A DNA stretch of 64,000 bases from Candidatus Altimarinota bacterium (GTDB lineage: Bacteria > Patescibacteriota > Gracilibacteria > UBA4473), in NCBI GenBank assembly GCA_965231215.1, contig OZ246423.1, positions 864,001-928,000 of the forward strand, read 5' to 3'. Under the pieces are notes generated by a model. The model ran no database searches. It was not told the origin of the DNA and saw nothing but the letters and a program-made list of their open reading frames with translations. Positions 20,092 through 29,331 of the stretch are shown piece by piece. A program made the position numbers and the translations under genes. How positions within the stretch are numbered: position 1 is the first letter of the stretch; every line of letters begins with the position of its first letter.

Positions 20092-20193
20092 ACAAAGATT
20101 ATATTGTGTTAAGTTAATTGAAGCTAGAAAATTAAAGAATGATATCAAATTTTCTGTTGATGAAATTATCTCAGTGTAGGTTGAGAGCTAGAG

Positions 20194-21111
20194 TTAATGC
20201 ATCATTTTAGTCACGTTTTGGACTTCTTCTTTAGATCCTAAAAAGACGGGACTGGTTTGATGATAGTGTTCCACTTTAGTATCCAAGATATCTGTTCCTT
20301 CTTGATCTTGTCCAATGCCACCGGCTTCTTTCATGATGAAGCTCATCGGAGCACATTCAAACAGCAACCTTAGTTTGCCACTTTCATGTTTAGAATCTCT
20401 TGGATAGCTAAAGACGCCCTGTCCTTTGCATAAAATATGATTAATATCTGGTACCATACCTCCAGAGTAGCGTAGCTTTCGTTGTTGACTGAGCCAGAAA
20501 TCTACCACGGCTTTATACTTAGGGTCTTCGCCATAAGCCCTAAGGTTGCCTGGGGCAAAATATTTTGTATGGGGCTCAATCTGAATATCTGACTGGGTCA
20601 AAATAAACTCTCCTACATCATTGAGTTCAAATTCATGTGTTCCTTTGTCTTTGAGTGCGATAATCAGAGTGATCCGTGGTCCATAAACAGCAAAGCAGGC
20701 AGCAACCATGTTATCGCCCACACGGTGCCCCAAAAGCTCAGGTTTTTCCCAAATTCCAAAGATAGAGCCAATAGAGAGATTGGCATCCACTAGTGAACTT
20801 CCGTCTAATGGGTCATAGGCCACAAAGTAGTTTCCTCTATGCGCTTCGTATTCAATACAGGTTTCTTGTTCTTCACTGGCAATAACTTTAGCGAGTTGAG
20901 ATTTTTCTAGCTCGGTTGAAATGATTTTATCAGCCAGTACGTCCATAGCCATTTGATCTTCGCCAAAGGTATTTTGGGTGGCAATTTTTTCAGTATTTCC
21001 GGCTCGGATAGAGAAGTTAATGTATTTAACGCTTCTGGCTACGTGGTAGAGCAAACTACGAACGTCCCATTCCGCACCGCGTTCCCGAAGAAAATGATTG
21101 AAAGAAAGCAT
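20194..21111 (-). CDS. fbp: class I fructose-1,6-bisphosphatase
   Basis: ASEE, DPLDGSS, SIGSIF, RYSGGMVPD, KLRLLFEC. Confidence 0.95.
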   Translation of the reverse strand: MLSFNHFLRERGAEWDVRSLLYHVARSVKYINFSIRAGNTEKIATQNTFGEDQMAMDVLADKIISTELEKSQLAKVIASEEQETCIEYEAHRGNYFVAYDPLDGSSLVDANLSIGSIFGIWEKPELLGHRVGDNMVAACFAVYGPRITLIIALKDKGTHEFELNDVGEFILTQSDIQIEPHTKYFAPGNLRAYGEDPKYKAVVDFWLSQQRKLRYSGGMVPDINHILCKGQGVFSYPRDSKHESGKLRLLFECAPMSFIMKEAGGIGQDQEGTDILDTKVEHYHQTSPVFLGSKEEVQNVTKMMH

Positions 21112-21175
21112 GGATCAAATAGATTTGTGAGTAATTTTAGATTATATTTTTTGAGCTAAAAATAAACTTTTTTAA

Positions 21176-21634
21176 ATGAAATACTGGTTGTTTAAGTCGG
21201 AGCCTAGTTGTTATTCAATAGACGATTTAAAACGCGATAAAGTGGAACACTGGGATGGAGTACGAAACTACCAAGCCCGAAATATGCTCAGAGATGAATG
21301 CGGGGTAGGGGATTTAATAATTTATTACCACTCTAGCTGTAAAGTGCCCGCCGCTGTAGGCATAGCTGAAGTGGTGACAAATGGGTATCCAGATCATACG
21401 GCTTTTGACCCAAATTCCGCCCATCCAGATTTATCTTCTGATCCCGAAAATCCACGGTGGTATATGGTAGACGTAAAGTTTGTGTCTAAGTTTGCCCGTC
21501 CTGTTAGCCTCAAAGCCATGAAAGACAGGGCAGAATTAGCTGATATGCGGTTGCTACAAAGAGGGAATAGATTGAGCTTGTTTCCCATAGAAAAAGCCCA
21601 TTTTGAGCTGATTAAACATTTGGGGAGGGCATAA
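21176..21634 (+). CDS. EVE domain protein
   Basis: YWLFKSEP, WDGVRNYQARN, YHS, NPRW. Confidence 0.95.
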   Translation: MKYWLFKSEPSCYSIDDLKRDKVEHWDGVRNYQARNMLRDECGVGDLIIYYHSSCKVPAAVGIAEVVTNGYPDHTAFDPNSAHPDLSSDPENPRWYMVDVKFVSKFARPVSLKAMKDRAELADMRLLQRGNRLSLFPIEKAHFELIKHLGRA

Positions 21635-21658
21635 AAAAAGCGCCAGATGGCGCTTTTT
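21635..21658. terminator. bidirectional terminator between the EVE gene and rpsC
   Basis: AAAAAGCGCC-AGAT-GGCGCTTTTT between convergent genes. Confidence 0.85.
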
Positions 21659-21681
21659 ATTTAATTCAGTATTTTGAGGGA

Positions 21682-22326
21682 TTATTCCCCTAGTTTTTCG
21701 TTTTTGAATACGAGTCCGTGATATACCCATACTTTGATCCCGATCATCCCGTACATGGTAGGAGCTTCGGCTGTAGCGTAATCAATGTTAGCTCGCAGGG
21801 TATGGAGTGGCACGGTTCCATGGTTGTAGGTTTCTTTTCGGGCAATGTCTACTCCGTTGAGACGTCCAGAAACAATTACTTTTACCCCTTTTACTCCAGA
21901 ATCTTTAGCTTTATCAACGGCCATTTTTACGACTCGTCGGTACGGGAAACGTCGACTGATTTGGTCGGCGATATTATCGGCAATAAGCTGAGCGTTAGCT
22001 TCTGGTTTTCGGATTTCTTGTACATTGGCTTCAAAGATTTCACCAAAGGTAGCTTTAAGATCTTTTGAGAGTTGTTGGATTTCTTCTCCACCTCGTCCTA
22101 CGATCATTCCTGGTTTAGCGGCGTGAAGGACAACACTAATTTTTCCAGCACTTCTAATGATTTCAATCTTAGAAACACCAGCGTTTTTGTAACGCTTTTT
22201 GAGGTATTTTTTGATCTCTAGATCTTGTAGAAATTTATCTTGGTAATCTCGTTTTGCGTACCATCGAGAATTCCAGGTACGAGTGATTCCAATACGAAGC
22301 GAATGCGGTGAAACTTTTTTTCCCAT
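21682..22326 (-). CDS. rpsC: 30S ribosomal protein S3
   Basis: MGKKV.P..LRIG, KPGMIVG, SGRLNG, PLHTLRANID. Confidence 0.98.
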   Translation of the reverse strand: MGKKVSPHSLRIGITRTWNSRWYAKRDYQDKFLQDLEIKKYLKKRYKNAGVSKIEIIRSAGKISVVLHAAKPGMIVGRGGEEIQQLSKDLKATFGEIFEANVQEIRKPEANAQLIADNIADQISRRFPYRRVVKMAVDKAKDSGVKGVKVIVSGRLNGVDIARKETYNHGTVPLHTLRANIDYATAEAPTMYGMIGIKVWVYHGLVFKNEKLGE

Positions 22327-22658
22327 TAGGCTTTTTTAGGTTCTAGAGTAATAGAAATATTAGAAGTAGGTTTTTGGATTGGTAGAGCTCTTCCTCGAGC
22401 TGAAGGTTGGTATCTTTTGTAGGCAGGACCTTTATTTATAATGATTTCCTTAATCACTAAGTTTTCTCTTTTTTGATTATCATTGTTTTCAGCATTAGCT
22501 ACGGCTGAAGTCAGTACTTTGAACAGTACTTGCGCCGCTTTTTTGGGGGTAAATCGAAGAATATCAAGGGATTCTTCCGCGTTTTTTCCACGAATGAGTC
22601 CAGCCACAATATTGGCTTTCCTTGGGGATATCTGAATTCGTCTGAGATGTGCTTTCAT
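22326..22658 (-). CDS. rplV: 50S ribosomal protein L22
   Basis: SPRKA..VA..IRG, SAVANAEN, ARGRA. Confidence 0.98.
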   Translation of the reverse strand: MKAHLRRIQISPRKANIVAGLIRGKNAEESLDILRFTPKKAAQVLFKVLTSAVANAENNDNQKRENLVIKEIIINKGPAYKRYQPSARGRALPIQKPTSNISITLEPKKA

Positions 22659-22685
22659 TTAAGTTTTAGTTGGACTGATTTTTAA

Positions 22686-22955
22686 TTATTTAGCGAGTTT
22701 TCCTCCATGAGCTCGGAACCGTCTGGTTGGAGCAAATTCTCCGAGTTTATGACCTACCATGAATTCTGTACAGAATACGGGGATATGTTCCTTCCCATTG
22801 TGAACACCGAAAGTGTGACCAATAAATTCAGGAGAAATAGTAGATTTTCTAGACCAAGTTTTAATCACTCGTTTTTGTCCAGAAGCGTCCATCTCCTTAA
22901 TTTTTTTAAGAAGAATTGGATCAATATACGGGCCTTTTTTTGCGGAACGGGTCAT
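22686..22955 (-). CDS. rpsS: 30S ribosomal protein S19
   Basis: [26 protein letters not shown]. Confidence 0.98.
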   Translation of the reverse strand: MTRSAKKGPYIDPILLKKIKEMDASGQKRVIKTWSRKSTISPEFIGHTFGVHNGKEHIPVFCTEFMVGHKLGEFAPTRRFRAHGGKLAK

Positions 22956-22972
22956 GAATGTAAATTAATTAA

Positions 22973-23818
22973 TTATTTCTTTTTGGCTCTGTGACGAGAG
23001 ACAATAATAAGTTTATCACTGTTTTTATGTCGTGCTCGGGTTTTAACGCCTAGAGCGTGAGCACCCCATGGTGTTTTTGGGTATTTCATCCCGATAGGAG
23101 AACCTCCTTCACCCCCTCCATGTGGATGGTCATTCGGGTTCATGGCTTTACCACGAACGGTAGGTTTACGACCAGCATTTCTTACTCTTCCAGCTTTACC
23201 AATTCGCTGTTGGTTGTGTTCTTCGTTAGAGACAATACCAATAGTGGCAAAGTTGGTTTTTTCAACGTATCTAATTTCTCCAGAAGGGAGTTGTACTTGC
23301 GCTTTTTCTCCGTCCAGAGAAACGAGGGTCGCATATTGACCAGCCGCACGTACGACTTGTCCGCCTTTGTTTGGAGTAATTTCTACGTTGTGGATACTGT
23401 ATCCTACGGGAATGCTCTGAAGTTGCATTCGGTTTCCTTCTTTAATCTTAGCTTTAGTATCTGTAACGGTCTCATCTCCTACTTTGGCGTTTTTATGAGC
23501 CAGAATATACCTTTTGTCACCATCCTTGTAGTGGACAAGTGCGATAAAACACGTTCGTTTTGGATCGTATTCAAGAGCAGCGATCTTCCCTGGGATTCCC
23601 AGTTTTTCAGTTCCGCTAAAGTCTACTTTTCTCCAGTGAGAGCGAGTACCACCCCCTCGGTGTCGAATGGTAATAGTTCCTTTAGATCTACCAGCTAGTT
23701 TTTTACTCTTTTTGAGAAGCGCTTTGTTGGTAGGTTTTTTGGCTGTGACCTGAGCATTATCAGTATAGCTCGTGTCTCTTTGTCCATTCGTAGTCGGTTT
23801 TCGATTTACAATAGCCAT
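22973..23818 (-). CDS. rplB: 50S ribosomal protein L2
   Basis: RHRGGG, EYDP, VRG.AMNP.DHPHGGGEG. Confidence 0.98.
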   Translation of the reverse strand: MAIVNRKPTTNGQRDTSYTDNAQVTAKKPTNKALLKKSKKLAGRSKGTITIRHRGGGTRSHWRKVDFSGTEKLGIPGKIAALEYDPKRTCFIALVHYKDGDKRYILAHKNAKVGDETVTDTKAKIKEGNRMQLQSIPVGYSIHNVEITPNKGGQVVRAAGQYATLVSLDGEKAQVQLPSGEIRYVEKTNFATIGIVSNEEHNQQRIGKAGRVRNAGRKPTVRGKAMNPNDHPHGGGEGGSPIGMKYPKTPWGAHALGVKTRARHKNSDKLIIVSRHRAKKK

Positions 23819-24105
23819 TATTTCATATCATTAAAGTTGAGAGTGCTCCCAGACTTGAGCGTTACAGTTGCTTTTTTGTAAGCCGCTCGTTTTTCAATAA
23901 GTCTTCCACGTCCAACCATTCTTTCTTTTGGTCGAGCGTTAGTGATGTTTACCGCTACGATGTCTACACCGTAGAAATGTTCTACGGCCATCTTAACATC
24001 TTTTTTATTAGCTTCTGGGTGTACTTGGAAAGTATATTTCCCAGGCGCAGCCACCGTTTTTTCTGTGACGATTGGAGCGATAAGAACGTTATCTGTACGG
24101 ATCAT
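23818..24105 (-). CDS. rplW: 50S ribosomal protein L23
   Basis: P.VTEK, YTFQV..ANK, YKKATVTL. Confidence 0.96.
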   Translation of the reverse strand: MIRTDNVLIAPIVTEKTVAAPGKYTFQVHPEANKKDVKMAVEHFYGVDIVAVNITNARPKERMVGRGRLIEKRAAYKKATVTLKSGSTLNFNDMK

Positions 24106-24107
24106 GA

Positions 24108-24743
24108 TTAGTTACTTTTAGATAAGAAAGTTTGTTCTACTACTTCAAGGGAATCCTCTAGGAAGATTACTTGGTCAGCGAGCAATACATCGTATGGGTT
24201 TAGGTAAGAAGCTAGAATTGTGCTTACCCCTGGAATATTGTTACAAGATTTTTCAAAGTTCTCGTCTTTAGCTCCAAGGACGAAAAGATGTTTTTTACCT
24301 TCTGGAAGTTTTCCCAGTAGTGAAACCATCGTTTTAGTTTTTGGAGTTTCAAGTTTAAGATTTTGCAGTACTGATACTTTTTCATCTTTTACTTGAGATG
24401 AGAGCGAAGCAAAGAGGGCCGCTCTTCGTTCTTTTTTGGGCATAGACTTCTCAAAGTGAGCGGTGTTTCGTGGACCATGAGTGACCCCACCACCCCGAAG
24501 GATGTTTGTGCTTCGAGCGCCTCTACGGGCGTTCCCTGTCCCTTTTTGTCGAAAGAGTTTTTTAGTAGAATAGGCGACTTCTCCTCGAGTCTTAGTATGA
24601 GCGATAGGATTTCTTCGGTTGGCGAGTCTCATAACAATCGCACGATGCATAAGATCGGCATTGATTTTGGCACCAAAGATTGCGTCAGACACGTCCTTGC
24701 TTCCTTTTTTACTTCCGTCAGCCGCGTATAGGTTAACTTTCAT
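24108..24743 (-). CDS. rplD: 50S ribosomal protein L4
   Basis: TKTRGEV, RQKGTGNAR, RGGG..HGP; ATG at 24743. Confidence 0.97.
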   Translation of the reverse strand: MKVNLYAADGSKKGSKDVSDAIFGAKINADLMHRAIVMRLANRRNPIAHTKTRGEVAYSTKKLFRQKGTGNARRGARSTNILRGGGVTHGPRNTAHFEKSMPKKERRAALFASLSSQVKDEKVSVLQNLKLETPKTKTMVSLLGKLPEGKKHLFVLGAKDENFEKSCNNIPGVSTILASYLNPYDVLLADQVIFLEDSLEVVEQTFLSKSN

Positions 24744-24747
24744 GAGA

Positions 24748-25338
24748 TTAGTCTGCGCGAATAAATACAAAACTATTTTTAGCTCCAGGAACAGCCCCTT
24801 TTAGAGCAATCAGATTATTTTTTGAGTCAATGTGAATCACTTTTACTCCTCGGAGAGTTACTTGATCACTTCCATAATGCCCCGGAAGTTTTTTCCCTTT
24901 GTTTACTCGGGCTGGTTTAGCACAAGTACCAATAGATCCAGGTTCACGATGATGATGAGAACCATGAGTTTCAGGCCCTCGAGAAAAGTTGTGTCGTTTA
25001 ATGACTCCGGCAAAACCACGCCCTTTAGAGGTTCCAGTGATTTTAACGGTTTCCACGCCTTCAAGTTGAGCGACCGTCATTTTGTCTCCCTTTTTGCAGG
25101 CTTGAGTGTCATCAAGTTGTAGTTCTTGAATGTGTTTATAGTTCTTGTTCGTGTTCTTTCTTTGTTTCGTACGAGGAAAACCAGCAAGTACCGCCGCACT
25201 GTATCCATCACGGTCTTGAGTTTTTACTTGAAGCACGGTGTTTTCAGGCGCTTCGAGTAGTGTCACAGGTGTTACTTTCCCAGATTCTGGGCAAATCACT
25301 CGAGACATTCCGACTTTTCGGGCAATAATTCCTTTCAT
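24748..25338 (-). CDS. rplC: 50S ribosomal protein L3
   Basis: KVGMS, DGY, GTSKGRGFAG, HGSHHHREPGSIG, KGAVPG. Confidence 0.98.
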   Translation of the reverse strand: MKGIIARKVGMSRVICPESGKVTPVTLLEAPENTVLQVKTQDRDGYSAAVLAGFPRTKQRKNTNKNYKHIQELQLDDTQACKKGDKMTVAQLEGVETVKITGTSKGRGFAGVIKRHNFSRGPETHGSHHHREPGSIGTCAKPARVNKGKKLPGHYGSDQVTLRGVKVIHIDSKNNLIALKGAVPGAKNSFVFIRAD

Positions 25339-25357
25339 GGTTTAAATCTTATTTTAT

Positions 25358-25403
25358 GAGGGGATGTGTGAGAGGTTGTAAAGGTTCCAACATCACGCCT
25401 CGG
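25358..25403 (-). ncRNA. candidate structured element between rpsJ and rplC
   Basis: minus strand GAGG-C-GTGA-T-GTTG...CAAC..TCAC...CCTC nested stems. Confidence 0.4.
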
Positions 25404-25426
25404 AAATTCAATTGATTTTGTATAAT

Positions 25427-25789
25427 TTAGGCGGTGAGCATTTTAATTTCTACGTCTACTCCGCCAGGAAGGCTTAGATTTTGTAACGATTCGATCGTTT
25501 TTGGTGTAGGTTCTTTAATATCAATGAGCCGTTTATGAGTACGAATTTCGTACTGATCACGAGCGTCTTTATTAACAAAAAATGATCGATTCACTGTGTA
25601 TTTCTTAATTTTAGTAGGCAACGGAATCGGGCCAGAAACAATAGAACCGTTTCTTTCAGCCGTTTCTACAATTGACTTAGCGGCTTCATCAATGATGGTG
25701 TAATCGAATGATCTAACGATAATTCTTACACGAGAAACTGTAGTTTCTTTAGTTTTTGCCGAATTCTTGGTAGTTGATTTTGTTGCCAT
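25427..25789 (-). CDS. rpsJ: 30S ribosomal protein S10
   Basis: [10 protein letters not shown]...[15 protein letters not shown]; ATG at 25789. Confidence 0.98.
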   Translation of the reverse strand: MATKSTTKNSAKTKETTVSRVRIIVRSFDYTIIDEAAKSIVETAERNGSIVSGPIPLPTKIKKYTVNRSFFVNKDARDQYEIRTHKRLIDIKEPTPKTIESLQNLSLPGGVDVEIKMLTA

Positions 25790-25813
25790 GTGCCTATACA
25801 AAAGAGCCAGCGG

Positions 25814-25841
25814 AATATAGGTTTCCGGTCTTTACTGTCAA
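25814..25841 (-). promoter_or_regulatory. promoter of rpsJ operon
   Basis: TTGACA-16bp-TATATT followed by CCGCTGG. Confidence 0.75.
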
Positions 25842-25852
25842 ATCTTTTTTAT

Positions 25853-25980
25853 GTAAAAACACTGAAAAATGCCGAACTTTGGCGTTGCCCTAAAAGTTTC
25901 CTCAAACGCCTATGCTAAACTATAGGCTTATCTGCGGTACTTTTGGGCGCCTTAAATTTCTTGTTTTTGAGTGTTTTTAC
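25853..25980. repeat. RPE1-like palindromic element (intergenic copy)
   Basis: terminal IR GTAAAAACACT/AGTGTTTTTAC; GGCGTT...GCCTAT..ATAGGC...GCCTT core shared with the guaA insert. Confidence 0.7.
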
Positions 25981-26058
25981 TGCAAAAAGTACTCTATTTC
26001 ATTTTTTGTTTTTTCTACAAAAGTGTGTTATAATGCAGGGTGATTAATTTTTAAAACC

Positions 26059-26430
26059 ATGGCCGACGAAAACCAAAACCAAAATAACGCTGAAGCTCCT
26101 CAGCCAAATGAAAGAGAGCAAGAAAAAGAACAGATCAAAGCCGCCATCGAAGATTCAAAAAAAACGAAACAGCAAGAAATAACCGAAATTGTCCGATATC
26201 CAGCTCTAAAGATGGTTATCCGATTTGCTAAAATGGCCGGAATCATCCTTCTTGTATTTTTCTGGATCGTAGCGATTGTTCAGCTTTTTGTAGCTGAAAC
26301 TTGGGGGGAAGCTATCTTTTACTTCTTTATCTGTTTTATGTTCGGGATCCTTCACTTTATATTGGGGTGGTTCCTAGGGGATTATGTTCAACTTCAGATT
26401 GATATTGAAGAAAATACCCGAAATAAATAA
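26059..26430 (+). CDS. two-TM membrane protein, paralog 1
   Basis: EIVRYPALK..IRFAK, two TMs, QL.IDIEEN; TGnTATAAT promoter upstream. Confidence 0.75.
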   Translation: MADENQNQNNAEAPQPNEREQEKEQIKAAIEDSKKTKQQEITEIVRYPALKMVIRFAKMAGIILLVFFWIVAIVQLFVAETWGEAIFYFFICFMFGILHFILGWFLGDYVQLQIDIEENTRNK

Positions 26431-26460
26431 ACCCTTTTTAAAACCAATAACTTAAAAACC

Positions 26461-26832
26461 ATGTCAGACGAAAACCAAAACGAAAATACTGCACCAGCTG
26501 CAGATCAAAAAGCTGAAGAAAAGGCTCAAGTAGAAAAGGCGATTAATGAATCGCGAAAAACTACAGAACAAGAGCTGGCCGAGATTGTAAGGTATCCAGC
26601 CCTTAAATTTATTATCCGATTCGCCAAAGTAATGGCTATTACTTTCGCTATCCTTTTTGTGATCATCGCCATTGTGATGTTCATTAGCGGATGGTTCCTC
26701 GAAGGGTTAGTAAACTTTATTCTTTTTCTCTCTATTGGCGTTGTGCTTTCAGCACTTACTTGGTGTTTTGGAGACTTCTTCCAATTGCTCATCGATATTG
26801 AAGAGAATGGCCGGAAAAACATAAAAAAGTAA
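26461..26832 (+). CDS. two-TM membrane protein, paralog 2
   Basis: same length and motifs as the upstream gene. Confidence 0.75.
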   Translation: MSDENQNENTAPAADQKAEEKAQVEKAINESRKTTEQELAEIVRYPALKFIIRFAKVMAITFAILFVIIAIVMFISGWFLEGLVNFILFLSIGVVLSALTWCFGDFFQLLIDIEENGRKNIKK

Positions 26833-26881
26833 TTTATCAATTTGGAGGGGGAGGCTTTTTCGGGCTTCCCTCTTTTTTACA

Positions 26882-27976
26882 ATGCAAGAAGCAACGGAGC
26901 AGAGTGGTTTTGAGATTCCTGAGTCGATTAATGAAAACTCAGTGGCTCTTTTTATGGCTGAACATCCAGATTTGCACTCGGGAGTTCCACTTAATATAAC
27001 TAAAGGAATCGCCTTTTTTTTAGTAAAAAAAGACTATTTGAATTCAGAAAATTTTTTAGCCGTTACTGCTAGAGCTGTGAAGCTTATCAATACTTTATAT
27101 TCTTTGATAGGAGAGGACTACTTTAAGTCTAATGTCTTTAGGTATGTTACTGATCGTGAGAACCCATTTGAGGTCTTGGACAGTATTAAAAGTAATGCGC
27201 AGTTCTGGGTTGATATTTATGGGCCGGATTTTTTTAAACGTTATAGTCCTCGTTCAAAAGAGCGAAAAACGCAACTAAGAGCTGATATTGATGATGATTT
27301 TTATTTATCGGCTAAAGGGGGTAACGGTGTGACTAATTTTGGCTTAGATTTGGCTATTGGGGTAAAGTCTCATAAAGTGGCTCCTAATATTCCGAAAGGG
27401 GAGATTTGGCGAATGGGGATGGATACTGAGGTAGTTGAGGATGAACGAATCTTAAGAGTGATTCAGAGTGGATCAGGCGTTCGCCAATCAGCCAAAGGGT
27501 TCGAAGATAAGTCGAAAATGTTTGATAAGTTTAAGAAGCGCTACAAGATTACGCCGCAACGATTATTGGCTTTAATGTCACTGTATGTTGGACATGATTT
27601 GGGATTTGAGCGTGCCCGATCGGTAACACTTTATGGTATTCGGCAAAAGCGTTTAAATTTGACTCAAGGAAGTTGGATTAACTTTGACTATGATGGCCTA
27701 TTTGGGGGTGTTGGATTTCAGAAAACTGACAGTCTTATTTGGAGGGAAACCAACGTTGGTAAGGGATTTTATGATGGCTTAACTGGCAGAGATGGTAGTT
27801 GTTCAGGGCTACAGATACATGAAGTTAAGGCTTTAGATTTAGCCATCAGATCTTTTAATGAATTAAGAGATGTTCTAGATGAAACCCATAGAAATCCAAT
27901 TAGGCTATGTGAAGATGACACCCGAGAGTCTGTGGCAGAGGCGATGAAAGCTTTTGCGAAAATTCATAGAAAATAA
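26882..27976 (+). CDS. hypothetical protein, C-terminal half VirK/YbjX (DUF535)-like
   Basis: F.K.YKITPQRLL....GHDLGFERARSV...INFDYDGLF..VG resembles the DUF535 C-terminal pattern. Confidence 0.45.
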   Translation: MQEATEQSGFEIPESINENSVALFMAEHPDLHSGVPLNITKGIAFFLVKKDYLNSENFLAVTARAVKLINTLYSLIGEDYFKSNVFRYVTDRENPFEVLDSIKSNAQFWVDIYGPDFFKRYSPRSKERKTQLRADIDDDFYLSAKGGNGVTNFGLDLAIGVKSHKVAPNIPKGEIWRMGMDTEVVEDERILRVIQSGSGVRQSAKGFEDKSKMFDKFKKRYKITPQRLLALMSLYVGHDLGFERARSVTLYGIRQKRLNLTQGSWINFDYDGLFGGVGFQKTDSLIWRETNVGKGFYDGLTGRDGSCSGLQIHEVKALDLAIRSFNELRDVLDETHRNPIRLCEDDTRESVAEAMKAFAKIHRK

Positions 27977-28005
27977 AAAGACCGCCAACTTGGCGGTCTT
28001 TTTTT
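27975..28005. terminator. bidirectional terminator after tuf
   Basis: AAAAAGACCGCCA-ACT-TGGCGGTCTTTTTTT. Confidence 0.88.
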
Positions 28006-28025
28006 ATAGTTAAGCGGTCTAAGAA

Positions 28026-29222
28026 CTACTTAAGAATTTTAGTTGCTACTCCGGCTCCTACAGTTCGACCTCCTTCTCGGATGGCGAATCGAGTTCCTTC
28101 GTTAAGGGCAATAGCTTTTCCAAGTGTTACTTTGAATTTAGCGTTGTCCCCAGGCATAACCATTTCAACTCCGTCTGGAAGGTGAATTTCACCAGTCACA
28201 TCCGTAGTTCGGATAAAGAATTGAGGTTTGTAGCCTTTGAAGAATGGAGTGTGTCGTCCTCCTTCTTCTTTTTTAAGTACGTATACTTCAGCTTCAAATT
28301 CAGTATGTGGTGTGATAGTTCCAGGTTTAGCCAGTACTTGTCCACGTTCAATATCTTCTCGTTCAACCCCTCGTAGTAGAAGACCGGCATTATCTCCAGC
28401 TTCTCCTTGGTCTAGAAGTTTTCGGAACATTTCTACTCCAGTAACAGTCGTAGAGGTAGTGTCTTTAAGTCCTACAATTTCAATAGTATCACCCACTTTA
28501 ATGATTCCTTGTTCAATACGTCCAGTAGCCACGGTACCTCGTCCTTTAATAGAGAATACATCTTCAACTGGCATAAGGAAGTCTTTATCAGTGTCTCGTT
28601 TTGGTTCTGGAATTTCAGAATCAAGAGCATCTAGAAGTTCTTTAACTTTGTCTCCCCATTCGCCTCCTGGTTCTTCAAGTGCTTTAAGGGCAGATCCATG
28701 AACGATGATAGCGTTATCACCATCGTATTCTCGTTTAGAAAGTTCTTCTCGAATTTCCATTTCAACCAGTTCGATCATTTCAGCGTCATCAACCATGTCA
28801 CATTTGTTCAGGAAGACCACGATTTTTTCTACCCCTACTTGCCGAGCCAGAAGGATGTGTTCTTTAGTTTGCGGCATTGGACCATCAGTCGCAGCACACA
28901 CAAGGATGGCTCCGTCCATTTGGGCGGCACCCGTAATCATGTTTTTAACGTAATCGGCATGACCAGGACAATCTACATGAGCGTAGTGACGTCCTTCGGT
29001 TTCATACTCTTGATGAGAAGTAGCAATAGTAATACCTCGAGCTTTTTCTTCTGGAGCGTTATCAATTTGATCGAAAGCTACAGATTTGTTACCCGGAAGG
29101 TCTGGATAACGATTGTGAGCTACAGCTGTAATAGCGGCAGTCAAAGTTGTTTTACCGTGATCCACGTGACCGATAGTTCCCACGTTCACGTGCGGTTTGG
29201 TTCTTTGGTAAGCATCTGACAT
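28026..29222 (-). CDS. tuf: elongation factor Tu
   Basis: [40 protein letters not shown]. Confidence 0.99.
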   Translation of the reverse strand: MSDAYQRTKPHVNVGTIGHVDHGKTTLTAAITAVAHNRYPDLPGNKSVAFDQIDNAPEEKARGITIATSHQEYETEGRHYAHVDCPGHADYVKNMITGAAQMDGAILVCAATDGPMPQTKEHILLARQVGVEKIVVFLNKCDMVDDAEMIELVEMEIREELSKREYDGDNAIIVHGSALKALEEPGGEWGDKVKELLDALDSEIPEPKRDTDKDFLMPVEDVFSIKGRGTVATGRIEQGIIKVGDTIEIVGLKDTTSTTVTGVEMFRKLLDQGEAGDNAGLLLRGVEREDIERGQVLAKPGTITPHTEFEAEVYVLKKEEGGRHTPFFKGYKPQFFIRTTDVTGEIHLPDGVEMVMPGDNAKFKVTLGKAIALNEGTRFAIREGGRTVGAGVATKILK

Positions 29223-29282
29223 TTTAGATGTGGGTTAAGAGAAATAAATAAAATGTAAAATAAAGATGATTTTAACGGGCCG

Positions 29283-29310
29283 ATTCTAAAAATGGGCAGG
29301 GTTTTGTCAA
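29283..29310 (-). promoter_or_regulatory. promoter of tuf
   Basis: TTGACA-16bp-TAGAAT followed by CGGCCCG. Confidence 0.75.
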
Positions 29311-29331
29311 AGTTTTTTTTGAGCCTAACCA

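Noticed and set aside
20087-20114. dif-like site beside the Xer gene (TTGTGTTAAGT resembles the XerD arm)
   Set aside because: The other arm does not match, and the sequence is explained as the gene's -10 region
23057-23698. 213-aa antisense ORF over rplB, and similar shadow ORFs over tuf, lysS and the fibre genes
   Set aside because: They overlap well-supported genes and show no recognisable motifs
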